The position numbers and the translations under genes are program-made. From positions 82,115 to 146,114 of the forward strand of contig CAZOOZ010000004.1 in NCBI GenBank assembly GCA_964581565.1: a DNA stretch of 64,000 bases, in the 5' to 3' direction. Below are positions 36,171-48,581 of the stretch, in pieces; the stretch's first letter is position 1, and the number at the start of each line of letters is the position of its first letter. Below the pieces are notes generated by a model. The model had not been told where the DNA came from. It saw only the letters and a program-made list of their open reading frames with translations, and made no database searches. This DNA comes from an uncultured Eubacteriaceae bacterium. GTDB lineage: Bacteria > Bacillota > Clostridia > Eubacteriales > UBA1433.

Positions 36171-36965
36171 ATGAAAAAGTTAAAAAAATATTTATATTTT
36201 TTTATTATCATTATTATAAGTGCTGGAATCATCTATCAAGCAACGAATATCGCAAAGAAAACTGTGCTATCGACTAGTACACAAGTGATAAATTGGGGAA
36301 CACATTTTACGCAGGAAGGTCAAAAACCACAAGGCAATGCCAGTGAAGAGTATTTAAGAGAATTTGATTCTTATTTTGTTGCACAAACTGAAGAAAAAAT
36401 TATATATTTGACATTTGATGCAGGTTATGAAAATGGATATACAAGCAAAATATTGGATATATTAAAAGAACAAAATATTTCGGCAGCGTTTTTTTTAACG
36501 GGTCACTATATTAAAACAAATCCAGATTTAGTAAAAAGAATGGTCAGTGAAGGACATATTGTGGGCAATCACACAATGACGCATCCAGATATGTCTGCGA
36601 TAACTAATTTAAACACATTCAGAAAAGAACTTGAGGAGCTTGAAACGTTATTCTATGAAACCACAAATACTTCTCTTCCTAAATTTTACAGACCGCCAAG
36701 CGGAAAATTTTCTGAAGAAAATTTGAATTTCGCTAAATCGTTAGGCTATAAGACTATTTTTTGGAGCGTAGCTTACGGAGACTGGGATAATAATAATCAA
36801 CCAACAGCGCAAGTGGCATTTGATAAATTAATTCCTCGAATTCATCCGGGTGCTATCGTGCTTTTGCATTGTACATCAAAAACAAATAGTGAAATTTTAT
36901 CGGAGTTACTTAAAAAATATAAAGATATGGGCTATTCTTTTCATAGTTTAAATGAATTAGAATAA
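36171..36965 (+). CDS. pdaA: polysaccharide deacetylase, PdaA-like (delta-lactam-biosynthetic de-N-acetylase)
   Basis: N-terminal anchor, then LTFDAGYENGYT, FFLTGHY, GNHTMTHPDM and LLHC, the NodB-domain motifs in a PdaA-like arrangement. Confidence 0.75.
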   Translation: MKKLKKYLYFFIIIIISAGIIYQATNIAKKTVLSTSTQVINWGTHFTQEGQKPQGNASEEYLREFDSYFVAQTEEKIIYLTFDAGYENGYTSKILDILKEQNISAAFFLTGHYIKTNPDLVKRMVSEGHIVGNHTMTHPDMSAITNLNTFRKELEELETLFYETTNTSLPKFYRPPSGKFSEENLNFAKSLGYKTIFWSVAYGDWDNNNQPTAQVAFDKLIPRIHPGAIVLLHCTSKTNSEILSELLKKYKDMGYSFHSLNELE

Positions 36966-37185
36966 TTTTGCTGCCATAAATAAACAGTATATCTTCATTT
37001 ATCATACAAATAATAAAAACAACAAACATGTTTGTTGAAATAGATTGCCTGAGTTATCAGGTTATGAGAGTTGTCTTTTTTTATATTATACAACTCTCTT
37101 TTGGTTGTTTTTTAAAAATCAATATATTTGACATAAAAAAAACTGTAGTATAAACTATTTGCAATGAATATATAAGAGGATATTT

Positions 37186-39150
37186 ATGAAAAATTTTAAA
37201 GTGCACAGCGTTTTTGAACCTGCCGGAGATCAACCTAAAGCTATTGAAAATATATGTGAAGGCTTAAAAAAATCATTGCAATATCAAACGCTGCTTGGCG
37301 TGACCGGCTCCGGAAAAACTTATACGATGGCTAAAATAATAGAGCAGATGCAGCGCCCTGCGCTTGTTTTAGCGCATAATAAAACACTTGCCGCGCAGCT
37401 GGCAAATGAATTTAAGGCATTTTTCCCCGAGAATGCTGTTGAATATTTTGTAAGTTATTATGATTATTATCAGCCTGAAGCCTATGTGCCTCATCGGGAT
37501 TTATATATAGAAAAAGACGCAGATATCAATGACGAGATAGAAAAACTTCGCCATTCGGCAACAGCAGCATTATTTGAAAGACGAGATGTTGTAGTAGTTG
37601 CCAGTGTGTCGTGTATTTATGGGTTGGGAAGCCCTTATGATTATGAAAATATGATCTTATCATTAAGAACAGGAATGAGTTATGATATTTCCTATATTCT
37701 TCATCGTTTGATATCTATGCAGTATAAAAGAAGTGATATCGATTTTGCGCGCGCAACTTTTCGTCTCAGAGGTGACACACTTGAGATTTACCCCGCATAT
37801 GCAACAAATTATGCTCTTAGAATAGAATTTTTCGGCGATGACATCGAAAATATCAGTGAAATACATCCGATAACAGGAAATATCATCAGCCGAAGAACTC
37901 ATACGGCGATATTTCCCGCTTCTCATTATGTGACCAGCCAGAAAAACATTGACAGAGCAATACAAACAATTGAACAAGAGCTGGAACAGAGGGTTGCTTA
38001 TTTTAAAAGTGAGAACCAAATCGTTGAAGCGGAAAGACTTCAGAGCAGGACACATTATGATTTGGAAATGTTGCGCGAAACGGGTCATTGCAAAGGAATA
38101 GAAAATTATACGAGACACATAAACCAAACGATGCCCGGACAACCTCCATATACACTTATAGATTATTTTGATGATGATTTTTTATTTTTTATTGATGAAT
38201 CTCATGTATCCTTGCCACAGGTAAGAGGAATGTATGGTGGAGATTATTCCAGGAAAAAAAATCTCGTAGATTATGGCTTCAGGCTTCCAAGTGCTTTTGA
38301 TAATAGACCATTGAAATTTAAGGAGTTTGAAAAAAAATTAAAAAGTGCCGTATTTGTTTCTGCCACGCCGGGAATATACGAAAAAGAACATTCGCAAAAT
38401 ATTGCCGAATTAATCGTTCGCCCTACCGGTTTGCTTGAACCTAGCGTCATAGTTGTGCCTACCAAAGGGCAAGTCGATCATTTAATAGACAATATTTATA
38501 AAACAATTGATCAATCATATAAAGTTTTAATTACTACGATGACTAAAAGAATGTCTGAAGATTTAACAAATTATTTGATAAGCTCGGGGATCAAAGCGAC
38601 TTATATGCATTCTGAGATCGATACGCTTGATCGCATTGAAATTATAAAAAAACTGCGTATGGGAACTTACGATGTGCTTGTTGGTATAAATCTTTTAAGA
38701 GAAGGGCTGGATATCCCCGAAATTGGCTTAGTCGCAATACTGGATGCAGATAAAGAAGGTTTTTTAAGAAATACTACATCTTTAATACAAACAATAGGAA
38801 GAGCAGCAAGAAATAAAGATTCTTATGTAATTTTATATGCGGATAGCATCACATCGTCTATGCAGGAAGCAATTGACGAAACAAACAGAAGACGTGAAAA
38901 ACAAGTAAATTATAATAAATACTATCATATCATTCCTAAAAGTATTCAAAAAGAAATTACAGACCATATAAATATAAAATCGGAAGAGATTCAAGAGGAG
39001 AATAAGGAAAGTATTGATCATATAAATATAGCAGAACAAATCGAACTACTTGCGATGCAGATGCAACAATATGCACAGGAATTAAATTTTGAAAAAGCGG
39101 CCGAGTTGCGTGATAAAATTTCCGAATTAAAAAACGTGTTAAAATGTTAA
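37186..39150 (+). CDS. uvrB: excinuclease ABC subunit B
   Basis: 654 aa with GVTGSGKT Walker A, DESH box, and a C-terminal UVR motif ([11 protein letters not shown]). Confidence 0.96.
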   Translation: MKNFKVHSVFEPAGDQPKAIENICEGLKKSLQYQTLLGVTGSGKTYTMAKIIEQMQRPALVLAHNKTLAAQLANEFKAFFPENAVEYFVSYYDYYQPEAYVPHRDLYIEKDADINDEIEKLRHSATAALFERRDVVVVASVSCIYGLGSPYDYENMILSLRTGMSYDISYILHRLISMQYKRSDIDFARATFRLRGDTLEIYPAYATNYALRIEFFGDDIENISEIHPITGNIISRRTHTAIFPASHYVTSQKNIDRAIQTIEQELEQRVAYFKSENQIVEAERLQSRTHYDLEMLRETGHCKGIENYTRHINQTMPGQPPYTLIDYFDDDFLFFIDESHVSLPQVRGMYGGDYSRKKNLVDYGFRLPSAFDNRPLKFKEFEKKLKSAVFVSATPGIYEKEHSQNIAELIVRPTGLLEPSVIVVPTKGQVDHLIDNIYKTIDQSYKVLITTMTKRMSEDLTNYLISSGIKATYMHSEIDTLDRIEIIKKLRMGTYDVLVGINLLREGLDIPEIGLVAILDADKEGFLRNTTSLIQTIGRAARNKDSYVILYADSITSSMQEAIDETNRRREKQVNYNKYYHIIPKSIQKEITDHINIKSEEIQEENKESIDHINIAEQIELLAMQMQQYAQELNFEKAAELRDKISELKNVLKC

Positions 39151-39200
39151 AATCAGTAAATTAATATGCTATAATAAAATAAAAAAAGAAAGAGGTATTT

Positions 39201-39959
39201 ATGAAAAGTTTAAAACAAAGATTAAAAGACAATGAACAATTGATAGGTACTTTTATAATTTCTATTCTCAATCCCGATGTAATATTGATGATAAAACAAG
39301 CAGGCTATGATTATATTACGATTGACTGTGAACATGGGGCATTTGATACACAGCAAGTAAACGACATGCTTATGTATTCTAAGGCGATCGGCCTGCCTGC
39401 TATGGTGCGAGCTGCTGCCCCTACACGCGAATTGATTCTTACATATATGGAATCAGGCGCCGCCGGGATATTGCTGCCGAATGTTGAAACAATTGAAGAA
39501 GCTCAAAAACTTGTAGAATATGCTAAATACGCTCCGCTGGGCAACAGAGGTGTATCCACATTAAGGCCTCATACTGAGTATGCCAGTATTGCTAATCTTA
39601 ATGAGTATATGGAGCAGGCAAATGAAGAAACATTTTTAATTTTTCAAGTAGAATCTAAAAAAAGCGTTGAAAATGTTGAAAAAATCATTGCTGTTGAAGG
39701 CATAGATGCGGCTTTTATCGGCCCGTTTGATCTCTCTCAAAGCTATAGATGCGTCGGTCAATTTGACAATCCAGAATTGCTGCAAGGCATGCATAAAGTT
39801 CTTAAAGCTTGCAGTGATGCTGGCAAACACTCAGGCATCTTCTGCCCTTCTGTGCCAATGCTGAAAAAATGGCAGGCCGAAGGAGCAACATTGAATTTAT
39901 TTGCTGCTGAAGGAGTTTTCTTCCAGATAGGTTTAGCCGAAATAAATAAAGCAAGATAA
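39201..39959 (+). CDS. HpcH/HpaI-family 2-keto-3-deoxy-acid aldolase
   Basis: 252 aa with DCEHG, a VRA..P segment, and FIGPFDLS, typical of HpcH/HpaI aldolases. Confidence 0.75.
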   Translation: MKSLKQRLKDNEQLIGTFIISILNPDVILMIKQAGYDYITIDCEHGAFDTQQVNDMLMYSKAIGLPAMVRAAAPTRELILTYMESGAAGILLPNVETIEEAQKLVEYAKYAPLGNRGVSTLRPHTEYASIANLNEYMEQANEETFLIFQVESKKSVENVEKIIAVEGIDAAFIGPFDLSQSYRCVGQFDNPELLQGMHKVLKACSDAGKHSGIFCPSVPMLKKWQAEGATLNLFAAEGVFFQIGLAEINKAR

Positions 39960-39966
39960 TTTATGT

Positions 39967-39993
39967 AAAAGGCTGTAGATACAGCCTTTTTTT
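39967..39993 (+). terminator. intrinsic terminator after the aldolase gene
   Basis: AAAAGGCTGT-AGAT-ACAGCCTTTTTTT. Confidence 0.85.
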
Positions 39994-40082
39994 ATTTTAG
40001 TTCTTTTGTTTTGTTATAAGCATTCATTTTGTATTGAGTTTTTTCATATATATTATGAGAAAAAATATATATGGAGAAATAT

Positions 40083-41363
40083 ATGTATTTAAAATATTAC
40101 TCATACGGGACAGATGTAATGCTGATACAATCAACCCTAAAAAAAATTAATTACTATGATGGAGAAGTAGACGGGTTATTTGGGTTAAAGACCTTAGAAG
40201 CTGTGAATCGATTTAAATATGATCACAATTTGAGTAAAGATGGTATCTTTGATAAAGCAGTTTATGATTTGCTTGAGCCTTATATCTATGGTTTTACTTA
40301 TTATAAGATAAAAAATTCAGACACTTTATATACAATTGCGCAGACTTGTAACTCTACAATAAAAAATATTCAAACAGCAAATCCAAAAGTTTCTGAAGAT
40401 AACCTTAAAGTTGATTCTGAAATAATTGTTCCTTTTAATTATGATGTAGTAGATACTAATATCAATTATTCTTATAAAGTTTTACAAATTGATATTAGTG
40501 CATTAACAGCGCGTTATCCATTTCTGGAAGTATATACAATTGGCCAAAGTGTGATGGGCAGAGATTTAATCGGCGTCCGACTTGGGCTAGGCGGCAAAAA
40601 ATTATTCATCAATGGCGCACATCATTCTCTGGAATGGATTACAACAGTAGTATTGATGAAATTTGTTGAAGATTACTGCAAGGCATATTCTAAAAGAGCT
40701 TTATTATCTTATTTTGATATCAATAGGTTTTTTAATGAATTGAGTATTTATATTATACCCATGGTGAATCCTGACGGAATTGATTTGGTACTTAATGGCC
40801 TGTTGCGGAGTAATCCAAATTATAATAATCTATTGATTTATAACAATAATAGCACAGATTTTTCGAAAAATTGGCAATCCAATAATAATGGAGTTGATTT
40901 AAATCATAACTACGATGCAAATTTTGAAGAAGCAGAAGCCGCTTCCGCGCAAATTGGCATTACTTCGCCCAGTCCTTCACGTTATGGAGGAGAGTATCCT
41001 TTTTCTGAACCGGAAACACGCGCAATATCGGAATTTGTACTCATGGATAATTTTTTGCTTACTCTGGCATACCATTCACAAGGAGAAATTATTTATTATA
41101 ACTATCTGGATCAGGATGTCGCAAACTTAATTCCTATTGCAAAATTGCTGACAACAGCCAGTGGATATAAACTGGAACGAATTGAAGATATCGGCCAGTA
41201 TGCCGGATATAAAGATTGGTTTATTAAAGAAACTAAATCACCGGGATATACGATTGAAGTTGGTAAGGGAGTAAATCCACTGCCGATTAGTCAATTTGAT
41301 ACCATCTATGCAGATAATCTTCCTTTGTTATTAACGGCAGCTTATGCGGCTTTAAATATTTAA
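40083..41363 (+). CDS. M14 zinc carboxypeptidase/gamma-D-glutamyl-diamino-acid endopeptidase-like, with PG-binding and LysM domains
   Basis: N-terminal PG_binding_1-like segment (DGLFGLKTLEAVNRFK), LysM (YKIKNSDTLYTIAQ), and an M14 core with HHSLEW (HxxE). ATG 40083 follows GGAG; the track start is 40071. Confidence 0.75.
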   Translation: MYLKYYSYGTDVMLIQSTLKKINYYDGEVDGLFGLKTLEAVNRFKYDHNLSKDGIFDKAVYDLLEPYIYGFTYYKIKNSDTLYTIAQTCNSTIKNIQTANPKVSEDNLKVDSEIIVPFNYDVVDTNINYSYKVLQIDISALTARYPFLEVYTIGQSVMGRDLIGVRLGLGGKKLFINGAHHSLEWITTVVLMKFVEDYCKAYSKRALLSYFDINRFFNELSIYIIPMVNPDGIDLVLNGLLRSNPNYNNLLIYNNNSTDFSKNWQSNNNGVDLNHNYDANFEEAEAASAQIGITSPSPSRYGGEYPFSEPETRAISEFVLMDNFLLTLAYHSQGEIIYYNYLDQDVANLIPIAKLLTTASGYKLERIEDIGQYAGYKDWFIKETKSPGYTIEVGKGVNPLPISQFDTIYADNLPLLLTAAYAALNI

Positions 41364-41410
41364 TATACTTGTATAGAGTTATTATAATTCGGGCTGAGAT
41401 ACTCCCTTTT

Positions 41411-42333
41411 TTATAACAATATATGTCCCGATGAATAGAGTTGATTATCTATTGTTAAAATCACCTTATTTGAGTCATAATATTGTCCGAAAGTATTTGC
41501 AATGCTTTGCAAAATCATGCTTTCATATTCCGAACCTGCATTCATTTCCGTTAAAAATGCAGTATTTAAATCAATACAAACTATATTTTCATCTTCATTT
41601 AATGACAAGCTGTTGATGACGGTATCTTGACTGAATACTTTTCCTGTATCATGCCCAATCGTTTCTTTGTAGATTTGTGCTAAAATATCTTTTGTCGTAT
41701 CATTTGTTTTAAGTAGAAACTGATTTTTTGAGTTAATACTATATTTTTTTCAATACTGTTTAGAGAAGATTAAATTTCATTGTTATTAGGTATATAAAGT
41801 GATTTAACTAAACCAATATTTTTTGTATAATATTGCATTGTTTGCTCACTTCCCTTTGAGGTACTACTTCAATCGCGTCATACATTCCCGAAGGAGTTTC
41901 TACGTTCGCTGAGATGTTCGAATGCTTGAATCATCTAATGTCCATGTTGTTCCGGATATTAACGGCTCCATGAGTAAAATTTCTGTATTTTTTGTATTCT
42001 TATTTAAAAAATCCTCTCTATAAAATATTTCGGATTTTGAGTATGTGACTGATATTTTCACATTCATGCATTCAAAAACTTTAATTGTTTCTGTTCCGCC
42101 GTTATTAGTTCTTTGTTGAACTCGATTTTCAGAGACATAATCAATGGTTGCTGTGTAGTACGCAAATTCATTTCCTTCGCCTTCATAATTGTATTTCACA
42201 TTTTGCTCGATTGGAAAGTAATCCTCAATTTTTAAATCTTGTGATGATTGTTCGTGACCGTTTGAATTATTACTGCATCCATTGTAAAAAAGAATTATTA
42301 AAATGATGCCAATAAAAAAATAAACTTCTTCAT
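41411..42333 (-). pseudogene. decayed lipoprotein gene with a C-terminal GerMN domain
   Basis: A good SD (AAAGGTGG) and ATG at 42333 lead into a stop after 11 codons. One extra T in the T7 run (42314-42320) would restore MKKFIFFIGIILIILFYNGC, a lipoprotein signal. Downstream I traced at least three more frame breaks and an in-frame TGA between the track ORFs 41900-42199 and 41411-41608. Confidence 0.75.
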
Positions 42334-42412
42334 CAAATATGCCACCTTTCGAACAGAAAATGATTTGGTTTCTATTTATGTTCTACAATATTTATTATTA
42401 ATATTTTAATAA

Positions 42413-43243
42413 TCAACAATTTCCAAGATATACATAATGAAGATTGCGACGTGCTGTTTCAGCGAGATTTTGCATTGATTTTATATCAGTTGCCTTTTTA
42501 TCCAACATATTATACCTTGGGAAAAAACGAGACAAATGTAAAGGTATATCAGCATTGATCGACGCGAGCCACGAAGATAATTCTTGTATTTCCTTAACGT
42601 TGTCATTTTCACCGGGTATGATAAGTGTAGTGATTTCAATATGACAATAATTATGAGATGTTGCGATAAAATCTTTCACAGAATGTAAATCACCGCTAAT
42701 TTTTTTATAAAAATCTGCATTGAAAGCTTTTAAATCAATATTTATTGCATCGATCAACGGAAAAAGTTCAGAAATGGTATCAGTACAAAAATTTCCGTTT
42801 GTAACAACGATATTTTTTAATTTTTTATTATGAGATAATTTTGCGGCATCCCTTATATATTCATATCCTATCAATGGTTCATTATACGTAAAGGCAATTC
42901 CGATATTCCCTTGCGGGATATATTGCAAAGCAATATTTAGAAGATCAGATGGTGATAAATAATGTGCATGTGATTGTTCTAAATCGGACATGGAAATTTC
43001 ATGATTCTGACAAAAAGAACAACGTAGGTTACAACCAAAACTGCCGACAGATAAAACCTTCTTACCCGGATAATAGTGATATAAAGGCTTTTTTTTAATG
43101 GGATCAAGTGCAATAGCAGTGATTTGACCATAATTTATAGAATGGATTTTTCCATCTGTGTTTTTTCTGGCTCGGCAAAATCCGATTTTATTTTTTTCAA
43201 GCGAACAATGATGGGGACATACAAAACAAACTTTTTTATCCAT
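42413..43243 (-). CDS. amrS: AmmeMemoRadiSam system radical SAM enzyme
   Basis: 276 aa with N-terminal CPHHC..GFC, the radical SAM motif CNLRCSFCQN, and adjacency to an AMMECR1-domain gene. Confidence 0.8.
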   Translation of the reverse strand: MDKKVCFVCPHHCSLEKNKIGFCRARKNTDGKIHSINYGQITAIALDPIKKKPLYHYYPGKKVLSVGSFGCNLRCSFCQNHEISMSDLEQSHAHYLSPSDLLNIALQYIPQGNIGIAFTYNEPLIGYEYIRDAAKLSHNKKLKNIVVTNGNFCTDTISELFPLIDAINIDLKAFNADFYKKISGDLHSVKDFIATSHNYCHIEITTLIIPGENDNVKEIQELSSWLASINADIPLHLSRFFPRYNMLDKKATDIKSMQNLAETARRNLHYVYLGNC

Positions 43244-44629
43244 TTATTTATATCTCACCACTTCAAAACGTTGCATAGTATATGGCTCGTGCGTTGATAT
43301 ACCGGCCTTTTGCAGAGCTATATTGATTTGTTCCTGAGGTGAAGATATACCTTCTAAATTAGGTAAAAGCAATCCTTTTTTTCTTCTATAACTTACGATA
43401 ACTCCATAACGTCTCACATCTAATTCATGAATAGACTCGATAGATTCGGGGGCACCGAGAACATCGACGCTATATTCGATGTCGTCAAGTTCTTTTATTT
43501 GTACAGGATCAAATCTGGGATCTTGTGTCCCGGCGCTTATGGCGTTATTTAGGATTTCTGTTGCTATATTTTTCGTTGTAGGAGCAATTGTGCCGATGCA
43601 ACCGCGTAATTGTTTATTTTTCTTTAAAGATACAAAAACGCCGGCTTTGTTTTTCAACATCTTTTCTGGAATATCATTGGGAAGAACAAGAATTTCATTT
43701 TCTTTTACATATTTTTCAAGAGAAAGCCGAGCTAGATGAACATAGATATTTTCATTATTTCTTAAATCAGCGATTCGATGATTTTCCTGACTTTGTAGAA
43801 TTTCATCAAAATTTCTGTTTTTATCTTCACCGACAACGGTAAACGAAGCAACGGCATAGCCCACACCAAAAGGTCCTTCGTAAGAAAACAACTCTGATCT
43901 CACAGTTGTTTTATTTAAAGCGCCGGCCATTACGATAAAAGATTTTAGTCCACATTCGGCGGCTGCATTACAAAAATCTTCAGGATAAGTTAATAAATTT
44001 AAGAAATTGCCATTTGCCATATCATTAGTAATTTTTTGGTCGAAAATCGGTCCTTCTTCAGATAAGCCATAAGGACCGTTTGCTTTTAATTTATGAGATA
44101 AATCACCGCTGGCAATGAAAACAATTTTTTTATTAGAAGCCTTTGCCGCTTCTTGGATACATTTACCAAATTGATAATGCATGAGCGAAGACAACCCTGA
44201 AATTGAGATACGAACAATTTTGTAGTTTTGATAATATTTATTAATAAAATACAATGGAATCATGGTTGCGTGATCAAGCATTTTATAGCGCTCGCCCAAT
44301 GTACCGGCGGGTATGTGGTTGTTTTCCGATATTTCAGATAATATTCGAACAAACGAATCATCATATTCAGTATTGATTTTTACCGAAGGCTGATCAAAAG
44401 AGGCAAAATTTCCGAAGGCAGTCTTTCCTGGGGAAATATGAAAATAATCTGCATAAAGGGTAGAATGCGGTGTGAGAATTACAATGGTTTGTGGGGATAT
44501 TCCAGCTATTTCTTTTGCTGCCCTTTCATATGCATTGATTGTTTTTTTTATTTCTTTTTCTTCCCCCTTGCCTATTTCAGGTATAATCAAAGGTGGATGC
44601 GGAACGATAAATGAGCTTATAATTGACAT
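43244..44629 (-). CDS. fusion of a class III extradiol dioxygenase (LigB)/Memo-like domain with AMMECR1 (AmmeMemoRadiSam A plus B functions)
   Basis: N-terminal IVPHPPLIIPEIG and SGDLSH are LigB-like. The C-terminal AGVFVSLKKNKQLRGCIGT is the AMMECR1 signature. ATG 44629 follows AAGGAAAAG; the track start is 44650. Confidence 0.75.
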   Translation of the reverse strand: MSIISSFIVPHPPLIIPEIGKGEEKEIKKTINAYERAAKEIAGISPQTIVILTPHSTLYADYFHISPGKTAFGNFASFDQPSVKINTEYDDSFVRILSEISENNHIPAGTLGERYKMLDHATMIPLYFINKYYQNYKIVRISISGLSSLMHYQFGKCIQEAAKASNKKIVFIASGDLSHKLKANGPYGLSEEGPIFDQKITNDMANGNFLNLLTYPEDFCNAAAECGLKSFIVMAGALNKTTVRSELFSYEGPFGVGYAVASFTVVGEDKNRNFDEILQSQENHRIADLRNNENIYVHLARLSLEKYVKENEILVLPNDIPEKMLKNKAGVFVSLKKNKQLRGCIGTIAPTTKNIATEILNNAISAGTQDPRFDPVQIKELDDIEYSVDVLGAPESIESIHELDVRRYGVIVSYRRKKGLLLPNLEGISSPQEQINIALQKAGISTHEPYTMQRFEVVRYK

Positions 44630-44677
44630 AATATCTTTTCCTTTCATCATAAAATCTATTTTATATTACTTATAATT

Positions 44678-44700
44678 AAAAAGAGCATAGAGCTCTTTTT
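44678..44700 (-). terminator. terminator after metA
   Basis: AAAAAGAGC-ATAGA-GCTCTTTTT immediately downstream of the metA stop (44703). Confidence 0.65.
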
Positions 44701-44702
44701 AA

Positions 44703-45641
44703 TTATAAGTATGTATTTCTTTTAATTTCGGTTAACTTATTCAGATCATATGGTGTTTCTTGATAAACAAAATTCAGCCAATTTGCAAAAAATAAATTAC
44801 CGTGACCACTCCACTTAATTATTATTTCATTTTCAGGATTATCATCCTTAAAATAATTTTGTGGGATCTGCACATTAAAGTCTTTGTTAAGATCTCTCTT
44901 ATATTCTAGCTTTAATGTTTCCCTATCATATTCCACATGCCCCTGAACAAAGATATTTCGATTATCTTCGGTGGCTACAATGTGTAAACCTGCGACTTCA
45001 GATTCCGCAAGTATATTTAAGTCTGTAACTTCAAGGATATCTTCTTTTTTAATTTGAGTGTATCTTGAATGCGGAACATAAAATTCATCATCAAATCCGC
45101 GTGTAATTTCAGATTTTTTGTTGATTGTATGATGCTGAAATACACCGAACAATTTTTTGGGCAATAGATATTTGTTAATGCCATAATGATAATATAATCC
45201 GGCCTGGGCTCCCCAACAAATATGCAGTGTACTAAAAACATTAGATTTTGTATATTCCATAATTTCGGAAAGCTCGTCCCAATAATCCACTTCCTCAAAA
45301 TCTAAAAACTCTACTGGGGCGCCAGTTATAATCATACCGTCAAATCTTTGGTTTTTAATTTCTTCATAAGTTTTATAAAAAGTATCCAGATGTTTTTTAT
45401 CCGTATGCTTGGATTCGTGACTTTCCATTGTCAAAAGTTGAAGGTTTACTTGCAACGGTGTATTGGCAAGCATTCTTATTAATTGAGTTTCGGTGATTTC
45501 TTTTGTGGGCATCAAATTCACAATTGCAATCTGAAGTGGGCGTATATCTTGGTGCTGCGCCCTATCTTCTTGCATTACAAAGACATTTTCATCTTTTAAA
45601 AGCTTATAAGCTGGTAAATTTTTTGGAATTAGTATCGGCAT
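44703..45641 (-). CDS. metA: homoserine O-acyltransferase (MetA family)
   Basis: [16 protein letters not shown]-terminus, [11 protein letters not shown], and ICWGAQA (active-site Cys region); 312 aa. Confidence 0.92.
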   Translation of the reverse strand: MPILIPKNLPAYKLLKDENVFVMQEDRAQHQDIRPLQIAIVNLMPTKEITETQLIRMLANTPLQVNLQLLTMESHESKHTDKKHLDTFYKTYEEIKNQRFDGMIITGAPVEFLDFEEVDYWDELSEIMEYTKSNVFSTLHICWGAQAGLYYHYGINKYLLPKKLFGVFQHHTINKKSEITRGFDDEFYVPHSRYTQIKKEDILEVTDLNILAESEVAGLHIVATEDNRNIFVQGHVEYDRETLKLEYKRDLNKDFNVQIPQNYFKDDNPENEIIIKWSGHGNLFFANWLNFVYQETPYDLNKLTEIKRNTYL

Positions 45642-45821
45642 ATCATTTCTCCGTTATTTTATGTATTAGTTTTTATATAAAATTTTATGAATATACTTAT
45701 TTTAATTATTTTTAATATTAAATATTTTAGCACATGATTATAATATATAACAATGAAAATTAACAATATAAAAAATCTAAAGTGTATCTTGTATAGTATA
45801 TTACAATTTATAACAAAGAAT

Positions 45822-45849
45822 AAAAAAGAAGGATATTTCCTTCTTTTTT
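45822..45849 (-). terminator. terminator of the atp operon
   Basis: AAAAAAGAAGGA-TATT-TCCTTCTTTTTT, 14 nt after the atpC stop. Confidence 0.8.
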
Positions 45850-45862
45850 AAGTAATAAATAT

Positions 45863-47699
<1,837 letters not shown>

Positions 47700-48581
47700 C
47701 TATTTTAGTGCTTCAGAGCCTCTAACGATTTCTGAAATTTCGTTTGTAATTGCAGTTTGTCTGATTCTATTATAACTTAAACGTAGGTTTGCGATCATAT
47801 CTTTTGCATTATCCGTAGCGTTTTCCATTGCTATCCTTCTGGCGGCATGTTCGCATGTAGCCGATTCAACAATTGCACCATAAATCATAATTTCAACATA
47901 CTTAGGTACCAAGTAATTAAAAACTCCTTCAATTGAGGGTTCGTATTCTACCTGTTTTCTTATTTGTTCTTTTTTACTTTTATTCCTGCTTTCAAAGGGA
48001 AGAAGCGTCATCATTTTAACTTGCTGTTGTAAAGAATTAACAAAAGCATTATAAATAATTTTTATTTCGTCAATTTCGCCTTTATTGTAAATTTCTATAA
48101 TAGGCTTGCTGATTGTATGTGTATCAACAAATGAAATGTTCTCCGGTGGCAATAAATATTCGGATTTAATCTCAAAATTTCTTTTAGAAAAATATTCTTT
48201 GCCTTTTGTTCCTATAGTAACAAGTAAAGGATTCACCCTGCCTTCAAGGCGTTTCTCGTTATTAACTTCATTCATTGTTTTTTTTATTATATTAGTAGAA
48301 AAGCTTCCGCAAAGTCCACTATTGCTAGTTATAATAATATAGCAGGATCTTTTTTTATTAGAATTGTTTTTCAAGTATTTATCAGGCATCTCTTCTGCGT
48401 TATCAATAATATCTTCTATTGATTCTGTTACAAAATGCAAATATTTTTGTGATTTAGTATAAATATTTTTAGCTTTTCTCAACTTGGCAGAAGATACTAA
48501 TTTCATAGCATTTGTAATATGCTCTATGCTTTGAACGCTTTTTATTCTTCTTTTAATACCTCTAATATTATTTTCTGGCAT
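47700..48581 (-). CDS. atpG: F1 ATP synthase subunit gamma
   Basis: 293 aa with a C-terminal ITNEISEIVRG motif and the expected operon position. Confidence 0.93.
   Translation of the reverse strand: MPENNIRGIKRRIKSVQSIEHITNAMKLVSSAKLRKAKNIYTKSQKYLHFVTESIEDIIDNAEEMPDKYLKNNSNKKRSCYIIITSNSGLCGSFSTNIIKKTMNEVNNEKRLEGRVNPLLVTIGTKGKEYFSKRNFEIKSEYLLPPENISFVDTHTISKPIIEIYNKGEIDEIKIIYNAFVNSLQQQVKMMTLLPFESRNKSKKEQIRKQVEYEPSIEGVFNYLVPKYVEIMIYGAIVESATCEHAARRIAMENATDNAKDMIANLRLSYNRIRQTAITNEISEIVRGSEALK

Noticed and set aside
37020-37037. Whether the palindrome CAACAAACATGTTTGTTG upstream of uvrB is a LexA/DinR (Cheo) box
   Set aside because: The Firmicutes SOS box is GAAC-N4-GTTC. Here the half-sites are AAAC/GTTT separated by only 2 nt, and the palindrome lies about 150 nt from the start codon. 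It is more likely part of the pdaA terminator region.
37663-38142. 159-aa minus-strand track ORF inside uvrB
   Set aside because: It is antisense to a highly conserved gene. It is a typical shadow ORF with no SD or motif.
45642-45862. Whether the metA leader contains a SAM riboswitch or T-box
   Set aside because: The region is almost pure A/T, with no GC-rich helices or conserved riboswitch cores visible.
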